Shown piece after piece: positions 53,310-64,000 of a stretch of DNA of 64,000 nt. The notes beneath the pieces were generated by a model. That model ran no database searches. It saw only the letters and a list, made by a program, of their open reading frames with translations, and was not told the origin of the DNA. This DNA comes from Flaccisagitta enflata (Eukaryota), in the NCBI GenBank assembly GCA_965153355.1, contig OZ231126.1, forward strand, positions 10,726,001 through 10,790,000. Reading direction: 5' to 3'. Position numbers and translations under genes: made by a program. The stretch's first letter is position 1. Each line of letters begins with the position of its first letter.

Positions 53310-56300
53310 AAACAGTAAAAAAGACTTAGAAGGGCACTGTCAATCTCATTTGCATATAGCAGCACTACAGTGACCAAGAAAAAATCTCCCTGAATGCCCT
53401 TTTTTTTCAGGCATTGATTGGTCTCTAGTAGATCATTGGTCCATCAGTCTAACAATCAAGTCCATCTCTTGATGTCTGCAACGCTTAAGAGTCATTCTGT
53501 AATTGGACCCCTATCATATTGGAATTCATTTTGCTCTTAACAGTCTCTTAACAGTCTGTCACTCCTCAAAGAGTGTTAGGCTAACTTAGATAACCTAATA
53601 ACCAATCTTTGCGTTTCTGAAAAAGTTTAATCTAGTTCCTCCATTCAGATTTTCTGACATACCAGTCTATGCCCTCTACACCCATTGACTCACGAGCCAT
53701 CTGACCAGTTGTTAGTGAGAGTTAGGAGATAGAGAACCTTCCACTTGTTCCCCCCTTTTTTAGTCACTGACACGCGACTCTACACCTTGCTGTGTCGGTC
53801 GGTAGGTCGGTCGGTTGGTAGGTCACATTTTTGAATTCCAAGCGGTTTTCGCATTACTGCTCCTGCCCAACCGTCCGCGACTGGATTGCCGTGTATCTGG
53901 CCTTGTTTTCAACCAATTTTGCAGCCAAATCAGTATGAAACACTAAGAGGGGACACTGTCAATCCTATTTGCATATTGCAGCTCTACAGTAACGAAGACC
54001 AAACTTCCTGAATGTCATTTTTCGAAGGTGCATGAATCAGCATTTTGTAGATCATTAGTCCATCAGTCTGACAGTCAAGTCCATTTCTTGATATCTGCAA
54101 AGCCTCAGAGCCATTCCATGTTCTGACCACTATCTTTTATGACTTGATTTTGTTCCTTACAGTCTTACAAAGACCTAGAAAATCCCATAAACTTGATCAT
54201 GTATAGAGATAAATAATACTATGATTAAAATCTTCCCATTAATAAAGTAAATTCCCTTCACCCTTTTTGACTCACGAGTCAAGGGCGATCTGGTTGGCTT
54301 TTAACAAAACTAACAGATGGAGACCTATTCATTTGTCTTCCTTTCTTTTTTTTTAATGATTCATGCAGTTGAAACAGTATAAATATTCAGTAGGGAAACT
54401 GTCAATCTCATTTGCATATTGCAGCTCTATAGTAATCTAATAAAAACATCCTGAATATCATTTCTTTCAGGGGCAATAAATGATATCTAGTAGATCATTG
54501 GTCTAATAATCCAATACGTAGGTCTATCTCTTGATTTCAGCAATGCCTAAGAGTCCTCACATAATTGGACCATTTTTATGTAGAAATTCATTTTGCTCCA
54601 AATAATCTTACAGAGACCAAAGAAATAACTTTCCTTGCTTAGTAATGACATGTGTGTTAACTTTTCTCCCCCTCAATGAATCATTGACTTGCAAGCAATT
54701 TGGCAAAATTTGAAAGAGAATTAATTGTCTTCTACCCTTTTTTTCAACACATCATGCAGCCAAAACCGTATAAAAGACTCAAAGGGACACTGTCAATCTT
54801 ATTTGCATATTGCAGTTCTATAGTGACCATAAAACAAGGCCGGATACATGGGTACCCTAGTCGCGTGTGGGTGGGCAGGAGCCGAAAAAGTAAAAAGGGG
54901 ACCGACCGACAATCTGACCGACCAACCGACCGACCAATTAACATAGCGGGTGTAGAGTCGCGTAGCATGCGACTAAAAACTTCCTAAATGACTTATTTTT
55001 AGGCGCTTAAATTGGCCTTCAGTCAATAATTAGTTCATCAGTCTAACAGTCAAATTCATCTCTTGATATCTGCAATACCTAAGAGCCATTGCATAATTTG
55101 AGCACTATCATTTTGGAATTCATTTTGCTCCTTAAAGTCAAACAAACACCTAAAATCAGATTTCTTAACAAACCAGTCTATGCTTTTTCACCAATTGACT
55201 AACGAGCCATCTGACCAGTTGTTAGGGATGATTAAGAGATAGACAACCTTCCTCTTGTTTTCCACACCTTTTTTAGTCGCATGCTTGCAACTCTACAACC
55301 TGCTTTGTCCATCTGTCCGTGGATGGGTTGGTCCCAATTTCACTATTTTTAATGATTTTATTTCTTTGACCTCACTGCTCCTGCCTAAATGGTCTAGTGA
55401 CCTCAGATATGGCCCCTGCCCACCCACATACAACTTCGATAGCCTTTCATGCAGCTGAAACAGTATGAAAGATTTAGTAGGGACACTGCCTATCTCATTT
55501 GCATATTGCAGCTCTATAGCGACCTAATAAAAACTTCCTGAATGTCTTCTTTTTTCAGGGGCATTGATTGGTCTTTACTAGATCATTGGTCTATTAATCC
55601 AATACATAGGTCCATATCTTGACTTCAGCAATGTCTAAGAGTTATCTCATATCTGGACCACTTTTATAATGAGATTCATTTTGCTCCTAACAGTTTTACA
55701 GAGTCCCAAAAAACAATGTCCGACTTTGCTTACCATGGTTTATTATGACGTGAATGTTATCTCAGTTCTTCCCCTAATTAACCATTGACTGGCAAGCAAT
55801 CTGGCAAAATTAGAATGAGAATCAAGAAAGGGAGATTCATTCAATTGTCTTCTATCCCTTCTTGGGCAATGGCCCAAAAGGTGATGAACTCCTGTAGAAC
55901 ACAGAGGGACTTTTGTTTGTCCATTCGTTTCGTTTGTCCCCCTCAGGCCCTCTCAGGCTTGAAATCTGCCCTCTCAGGCCTGAAATCTGCCTTCTCAGGC
56001 CTAAAATCTGCCCTCTCAGGCCTGAAATCTGCCTTCTCAGGCCTAAAATCTTCCCTCTCAGGCCTGAAGTCTGCCCTCTCAGATCTTAAATCTGCCCTGT
56101 TGAGCCTGAAATATGCTCTCTCAGGCCTGGAATCTGCCCTCTCAGAATCAAGGCTTGAAACGGCAGATTTCAGGCCTGAGAGTGTAGATTTCAGGCCTGA
56201 GTGAGCAGATTAAAGGCCTGATAGGGCCTGGGGGAAATGGATGGTCGGATGGACAAAAGAAGGAACAAAAGTCCTCCTGTGTTCGACAGGACTTTGTCCT

Positions 56301-56670
56301 CTTTGGGGCTACTGCCCTACTTCCTTTTATTCCAATTCACAACTAAGCAAAGCAGGGCAACGGGTATTGCTGACCACATATTGTCCTTGGGCGATAATGT
56401 CTTATGAAGCCAGAATAGTACAAACGGCTCAGAAGGTACACTTTCAATCTAATTTGCATTTTGCAGCTCTATAGTGACCACAAAAAAACTTCCTGAATGT
56501 CATTTTTTTCAGGTGCATAGGTCAGCCTTCAGTAGATCAATAGTATATCAGTCTAACAGTTAAGTCAATCTCTTGATATATGCAATGCCTAAGAGCTATT
56601 CCATGATTTGACCACTACTATATTGGAACTCATTCTGCTCCTTGCAGTCTTAACAAATACCTAAAAAATC
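53310..56670. repeat. Six diverged ~400-600-bp tandem units, each containing CTCATTTGCATATTGCAGCTCTA
   Basis: Cores at 53348, 53967, 54410, 54801, 55497 and 56452. Three inverted homologues lie at ~40770-40920, 41240-41395 and 41720-41870. Confidence 0.85.
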
Positions 56671-58890
56671 ACCCAAAATTGCATAAGGATAAGGCATTTC
56701 TGATTGTTTAATTTAGTACTTCTCTTGGCGGTCCTAACAAACCTGTCTACGCCTAATGTACCCAGTTTATCTTAGCCATTCTATGCAATGTGAGACAGAG
56801 AAAGATAGAGTGACCTATGACCACAGCTGCATAATTAGGTGCGACAAAGCACCTCTAGAACTGGCTGTGTCCAACAGTTGGTCATTCATTTGGTCGGTTG
56901 ATTGGTAGGTCATTCATTTGATGATCCACACGTCGCACCCTACTTGGCCTTGTGTATGTTCTTTGAATTCATCAACAAGTAGAGCGACAGAAACACACAG
57001 CAACGTCATTATGCTAATGAGATTCTCATATCATTTTGATTCCACTGTTGGAGAAATGGAACTAAATCTAATTTGCATATTGCTGCATGTGTTTCAACCT
57101 GCTATGGTTGTCTTTTTTTCTTAGTAGGGGTTATTTGGTCATGTCATATGGTCATTGAAAGTAAGCAGGAAAAAAGTTTTCTCACTGCAGTAATTATCAT
57201 TTTCATCAGTGACCTCAGGCAAAATCCTTATTCATCACAATGGTAAACATGAAGCTTGTTTGATAAGTCAGATCATATTCAATCAAGGACACGCAATAGC
57301 GAAAGAATTCATCACCATGCTGTTTCAGTCTGTCTCACTCTGACTACCTATATGTCTAACCATCCAGTCATTGATCAGTCCCTCTTCATTATTTCTAAGA
57401 TTTTCTACTCTTGTTATTTTTTCGATTTAGTGCTATAGGTCACTGTAAGGCGCGCAAGTGTGAAATACTGTTGTACTGTAGTTTTGTAATACAGCCCCTG
57501 TCTTACTGATTTGGGCTTGATCATTTTCACAGGAGCATTCACTATTTTTTTTGCCATGGTATAATATAAATAATCATCACATTTGAAGTGTAAGCCTTGA
57601 TTACTCATACTTTGATAGCCATATTTTAATAGTATTTTTAATGAGGTTTTTATCCTTTGACAATATACTTAACCAGCAGGTTGAAACAAGCGTAGATCAA
57701 GCTAATGAAAATCATAAAATTGAAATGAACCCTTTAACCAAAAAAAAAAAAAGATGCAGTTCGGGTCAAGTGTTCGTTCCACACAGCACAGAGCCCAAAC
57801 TCACATTTTGATTACTTTTTTTTGTTTTACATCACTGAAGATTCAAAAAGAAAATTTCAGCAATATGTGAATAAGGATTGATACAAGCTGCCGTAAATGT
57901 CTGATTCAAACTTTGAGAGTAAGTAAAAAAAAATCATTTGCATACTGCAGTCATGTCAATTTTTAAAGGCTTGGCATCTAGCATCATAAATGAGAGATAT
58001 TCTTATATGCTTAAACAATTTTTGCAATACAAACTTTCAGCCGTTTGATAATTGAGACATTTGCTCTTGTGCTACTTCTTTGTTACCTTCAACATTACCT
58101 TTGTCGTACAAGACATAAATGAAATCAATTTCAGAGAACAAGTCAATTTCTGGGCAATGAGAATGTTTTTATGGCTCATGTAGTTCATCACAGAATTTTT
58201 TTTGAATGATTTTGTCACTTCAAATTTAAAAGTATCAGATTCATTGATGAAATATTGAAAAATATTTCTGTCACTTAATCAAAGCAAATCACAAAAAAGG
58301 CTTCACTCATACTCATACTTTTGTTCTTTTGTTTTCATTGCCTAGTTTAGAGGGCAAACTCAAGATGGCATCAAACTACAGCAAATTTTGCTTTGCCGTT
58401 CTACTGCTGCTGTCCCTGCAGTCTTTGACCTCTCACAAGACCTTTCAAGTGCAGAACAGAGGTTTCAAATGCCTTTTGTTCTTTTTTCAGGAAAAATGAG
58501 AAGAGACTGAGAAAAAAGACAAGTGGTGGCCCTCTTTAGTCTGATTTAGACATGAAAAAAAGGAACGACGCCATTGTTTATTTTGGTTGTTTTGAAAGAA
58601 GTTAAGGCATAAAACAACTCGTTTTTTGTCTTAGATTAAAGAGGAGACTAAGACATTCCTTTTGGTCTACCAAACATGCATGTTGTGCTTTCCTAAATGT
58701 GTTTTATTCATGATTTTCTGAATCTTTCATTTCCAACTGTTTATCTGTTTGTTTACACTAGTAAACAGAGACCATGAGCCATGACATGTTTAACTTAAGC
58801 TCTATGAACCACGATCTACGTCCAGAAAAAAATTGCACGTCTCTAGCTGCTCTGGTTTAGATTTCAATTTTTATTCGAACACCCGTTAAG

Positions 58891-59043
58891 AAGCGAGAGA
58901 AGATTGTCGACATTCAGGCTGCGGTGAATGTGGCAGATTCTGACGGAGATCGAAGAGTCGATTTCGCCGAATGGAGGAAAGAATTGAAGAAAAGAGGATA
59001 CGAAGAAGAAGAAATCGCGCAAGTTTTTGACAAATATGACAAG
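58891..59043 (+). CDS. PKD2: Polycystin-2 (TRPP/PKD2 family) exon, C-terminal EF-hand region
   Basis: 153-nt AG..GT exon KREKIVDIQAAVNVADSDGDRRVDFAEWRKELKKRGYEEEEIAQVFDKYDK matches the PKD2 tail pattern (..DFDE.RQ.LK..G....EIEA.F.KYD). Orthologue versus PKD2-like paralogue is unresolved. Confidence 0.85.
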
Positions 59044-59331
59044 GTGAATTTTAGAAAAATCAACGCATATAACAGCCGACTCCCGTAATTACGGATGCCA
59101 ATGTACTGACAAGTCAAAGGAGAAAATTCCGGTTATGCCAATATTTTTCAATAAAAGCCTAATTAATAACAACTCATAGTAGTAATGTTTTATATTCATG
59201 AAATAGAATAGATAAAATGCTTTACTTTGGTCTGCCTTTGTGTGTGTGCGTATGTGTGCGTGTGTGCGCATCTTCTTCTTGTTTTTTATTGCAGGATGGT
59301 GACAAAGTGTTGAGTGTGTGTGTGTGTGTGT

Positions 59332-59409
<78 letters not shown>

Positions 59410-59463
59410 CGCTGTGTGTGCATCTTCTTCTTATTTTTAATTGCAGGATGGTTACAAAGTGTT

Positions 59464-59628
<165 letters not shown>

Positions 59629-59684
59629 CGTATGTGTGTGTGCGCAGCTTTGTGTGCATCTTCTTCTTACATTTTCCATTGCAG

Positions 59685-59829
59685 GATGGTGACAAAGTGT
59701 TGAGCGCGGAAGAGAGAAGAAATATGTTGGAAGATCTGCAGGACAAAAAAGATGACATTGACAATAAACAAAAACAATTAGAGGAGCAACAAACTCACCA
59801 AGAAGAACTCCAAAAACAAAACAGTCGAG
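59685..59829 (+). CDS. PKD2: Polycystin-2 exon completing the EF-hand loop and following helix
   Basis: TTGCAG|DGDKVLSAEERRNMLEDLQDKKDDIDNKQKQLEEQQ..SR G|GTAAAT. The phase-0 join gives the EF loop DKDGDKVLSAEE. Confidence 0.85.
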
Positions 59830-60569
59830 GTAAATGACAATGTCAATTAGCGAAAGCAATAACAAGTGCCGCAAAAGACTGAACAACAAACGCATAAACA
59901 TAACGATTGAGATAAATGACAACAATAACATTCAGAGGGGCAACTCAGCAAGAAGAACACTAATAACTCGGAACAGTCGAGGTGAATGACAACGACAATA
60001 GATTTATAAAAACAACTACAAGAGCAGCAAACTCAGCAAGAACAAATTCAGAAACAAAGGATTTGTGGTATATCTCAGTGACATGACAATCAGTTAAAAA
60101 CAATTTGAATAAAGCAACAATCTAAGCGGAAACAGATTCAGAAACAAATGATTCGTTTTATGTGTCAGTGACACGACAATCACTTAACGAGTACCTCGGG
60201 AGTACAGCGATGCGTCCACATGCGGCTTAGCTTGTAAATAATCTCTCTTACACTCTCTCTCACACTTTCTCTCACACTTTCTCTCACACTCTCTCTCACA
60301 CTCTCTCTCACACTCTCTCTCACACTCTCTCTCACTCTCTCACGCTCTCCTGCCGCCTCTCTCCACACTCTCTCTGCCTCTCTCTCACCTCTCTGCTCTC
60401 TCTCACTCTCTCTCACACTCTCTCTCCACACTCTCTCCTCTCTCCACTCCTCTCTCCTCTCTCCTCTCTCTCTCACATATAATATATAACATAAATATAT
60501 ATATAATATATAATATATATAATATATAATATTTCATATATATATATATATATAACATATATATGTGTA

Positions 60570-60602
<33 letters not shown>

Positions 60603-61173
60603 TTCCAAGCATTGCATCAGCCCAATGTTAGAATTACAAAATGATGAATGGAAAGCTTTGAGATGGTTTCAGCGCAAGCATGACGGACCAACCAACCAAC
60701 GGACGGACAAGCCTCTTATGAGATGTGGGACATCTAAAACAATTTGAATAAACAACAATCTAGCAGAGACAAATTGGAGAAATGTAATAAATCAATAAGA
60801 ATTCTTCTTTAATAACAAGTTAGGATACACGGGCCAAGACAGTGCGCCGATTGTTATCAAATCTTAGACCTATCCCTAGCTCTATCAGACTTATCCCGAG
60901 CTATATCAGGTCATCCTAGCATATTTCTGAATCATTTCCAGTGATTTCTGCTTCTTTTCGAGATTTCCAACTCGAGCGTGACCAACCGACCAACCGACCA
61001 ACAGACAGAGCTAGTTATAGAGGTGCTACGGCGCACCTAAAAAGACGAGGTAGACAACAAAATTAACACGAGGTGAATGACTAGGCCCAACAGACCGACG
61101 GACTAAAGCACAAACTACATATACTGTGGTAGAGTGGTGGACCTTCACTGCAGAAGTAAGTGTGCCAGGCTAC

Positions 61174-61873
61174 GTTCCGGATCAACAAAGGCGTGGGACC
61201 TAAGCTGAGGCTGGGGGCGCAGGGCCCCTAACCCCTCTTTGCCCTATTGTGTTACTCTTTTATATTTCTTTACGTTTTGTAATAACAAAACCAGTTGCTT
61301 AAATTTTATCTGGCAATACGTGTCCTGTCTGCTAAAAGTGATATATCTAAGGGCAAAAATAAAAAACAACCAAATATGACATTTCCATGACAGTTAAGCA
61401 TATCGTGGAAAATTCAAAGCAAACATTCCTGGCTATTTTTGCTGCAAATTTTGCGATTATGTCATCAACATTATTTTTTGTAAATTCATGCTTGATAGAC
61501 AAAAGATTAAGATTGTTCAAACAATCTTGACTGATAGATGTGCGTTATTCATTTTTTATGGGTTTTATTTTGGAGAAAGATCGTTCACAACTGCAATTGG
61601 TTACCATCATGGAAAGGTAGATGCAAAGCGCTATTTCAATGTTTGGGAAAGTGGATTGGAGTTCGTTCTGCCTCAAAAACACGTATTCACTGACATCTTG
61701 ACTTTTTTAGCTTTCTTTCTCTTTCTTTCTTTCTTTTTTTCTTTTTTTCTTTTTTTCTTTCTCTTTTTCTTTCCCCATTTCTTTCAGGGGTGGGTGCCTC
61801 TAGGGCGTGCGGGGCCCCCTGAGGTGTGGGGCCCTAAGCTGTAGCTTTTTTAGCCTATTGGTTGATCCGGCAC
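61174..61873. mobile_element. hAT-like MITE with eroded ends
   Basis: GTTCCGGATCAAC / GTTGATCCGGCAC inverted ends, GGGCCCC subterminal motifs and an AT-rich core. No TSD. Confidence 0.55.
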
Positions 61874-64000
61874 ACCGTGGCTAAAAACCACCCCCGACGC
61901 AGACCGGAGACCAACCAACCCCTCAGCCAACCGCTACTACCATCACCGTGGCTAAAAACCACCCCGACGCAGACCGGGGTCAGCCAACCCCTCAACCTTC
62001 AAAACACCATCACCAAGTAGCAAAAACCACCAGCGCAGACCGGAGACCAACCAACCCCTCAAGCAACCAAAACACCATCACGTGGCTAAGCCACCCCGAC
62101 GCGGACCAGGCCAGCCAGCCCTCAGCCAGCCGGCTTACCATCTCCGTGGCCAAAACTACCCCGTGAGACCGGAGACCAGCCAACCTCAACCAAACAAAAC
62201 ACCAATACGTGGCTAAAACCACCCCGTGGACGGAGACCAACCAGCCCCTCAACCAACCTAAAAACACCATCACCGTGGCCTAAAAACCACCCCCGACGCA
62301 GACCGGAGACCAACCAACCCCTCAACCAACCCAAAACACCATCACCGTGGCTAAAACCCACCCGGCATGAACCCAGGAGACAACCCCTCAGCAGCCCAAA
62401 CACCAAATCTGCAGTGGCTAAAAACCACCGCGCAGACCGGGGCAACCAGCCTCAGCTTGGCTTCAAAACACCATCACCGTGGCTAAAAACCACCCCCGGC
62501 CTTGCTGGACAAGGAGACCAGCCCAACCTCGCCAGCCAGAAAACACACACCATCTGTGTACAAAAACCACCCCGACGCCAGACCGGAGACAACCAACCCC
62601 TCAGCAGCCGCTTACCATCACCGTAGTAAAAACCACCGACGCGAACGGAGACCAGCAACCCCTCAACCAGCCAGCGCCTGCGTCACCGTGGCTAAAACCA
62701 CCCGGCGCAGACCGGAGACCATAACCCTCCTTGGCAAAACACCATCACCGTGGCTAAAAACCACCCGGCTATGAGACGGAGATCATCAGCCCTCAATAAA
62801 AACACCATCACCGTGGCTAAAAACCACCCGCGCGGACCGGAGACCAACAGCCCTCAGCCAGCCATTATCACCGTGTTCCGCTCGCGGCGCGGGCAGGTCG
62901 ACAACCCTCAGCACCAAAACACCATCTGCGTATTAAAAACCACCCGGCGCGGGCCGGGCCAGCCAGCGCCAAACCAGCCAAAACACCATCGTGGCTAAAC
63001 CGCGGCGCGGACGGGGGACAGCAGCCCCTCAGCCAGCCCAAGCCTGCGTCACGTGGCTAAAAGTGCCCGGCGTGGACCGGGGACCAGCCAACCTCAGCCA
63101 ACCCAAAAAACACCATCACCGTGGCTAAAACACCCCGGCAGGCCGGAGACCAACCAACCTCAACCAACTAAGCTTCCTGTCACCGTGGCTAAACCACCCC
63201 GAGCGCAGACTCGGAGCCAGCCAACCCTCAGCCAGCCAAACACCATCACGTGGCTAAAGCCACCCCGGCTGAGACAGGCCAGCAACCTCCAACCAACCCA
63301 AAAAACACCATCACCCATTAAAGCCACCGCGCAGACGGAGGACCAGCCAGCCTCAGCCAGCCAAACACCATCTGCCGTGGCTCAAAGCCACCCCGACGCA
63401 GACCGGAGACCAGCCAACCCTCAGCCAGCCTAAACTGCCATCACGGGTGACTCCATTGTGCTGGACGGAGACCAGCCAACCCCTCAACCAGCTGGCTCTC
63501 ATCACCGTGGCACAAAACCACCCCAGCGCAGACCCAGGAGACCAGCAGCCCTCAGCATTAAGCCGCCATCACCGTGGCTATAAAAACCACCGGCAGACCG
63601 GAGATGACAACCCTCAACCAGCCAAACATACCATCCGTGGCTAAAAACCACGGCGCCAGACCAGACCAGCAACCCTCAGCCAGCTTAAAACATACCATCG
63701 CCGATAATTAAAAACCACCCCGACGCAGACCGGAGACCAACCAAGCCCTCAGCAGCCCAAAACACCGTCGTGGCTAAGCCACCGGCGCAGACCAGGACCA
63801 GCCAGCCCCTCAGCCAGCCAAAACGCCGTACGATAGCTAAAAACCACCGACGCAGACCGGAGACCAGCCAACCCCTCAACCAGCCCCAAACACCATCACC
63901 GTGGCTAAAAACCACCCAGCATGGGCCGGAGACCAGCCAACCCTCAACCAGCCCAAACACCATCACACCGTGTTCAAACCACCCCAGACGCAGACAGGAG
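61873..64000. repeat. ~70-bp satellite array running off the window
   Basis: About 30 noisy copies of CACCGTGGCTAAAAACCACCCCCGACGCAGACCGGAGACCAACCAACCCCTCAACCAACCCAAAACACCAT. Confidence 0.95.

Noticed and set aside
61873-64000. CRISPR-like or RSS-like reading of the 70-bp array (CACCGTG-G-CTAAAAACC)
   Set aside because: There are no unique spacers because the whole unit repeats, and the heptamer-like and nonamer-like parts are 1 nt apart rather than 12 or 23.

Overview
Repeat-dense eukaryotic DNA, most likely a non-arthropod invertebrate (TTAGGG repeats, spliceosomal introns, a two-EF-hand polycystin-2 tail). Most ORFs in the track are microsatellite artefacts. Supported content: (1) an intron-less tRNA-Ile(TAT)-like gene (510-582, -). 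(2) A young ~6.0 kb LTR retrotransposon (11622-17636, -; 494-bp LTRs, GTAG TSD) encoding only a Gag and carrying MITEs. (3) A phase-consistent >=11-exon orphan gene on the minus strand (~26.6-35.0 kb) and a decayed spliced gene at 19.4-20.6 kb. (4) Two exons of a PKD2/polycystin-2 C-terminal EF-hand region (58891-59829, +). (5) A 20.3 kb non-coding, foldback-like element (38572-58885) with perfect TIRs, diverged inverted arms, about 20 octamer (ATGCAAAT-type) motifs and telomere-like repeats, inserted exactly at the PKD2 3' splice site. (6) Several CAC-ended Transib/RAG-like non-autonomous elements, one with a proven 5-bp TSD and ends that differ by exactly 10 bp. (7) Many hAT and Tc1-like MITEs, DINE/Helentron-like elements, microsatellites and a terminal ~70-bp satellite. 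All calls are by eye; no database searches or alignments were run.
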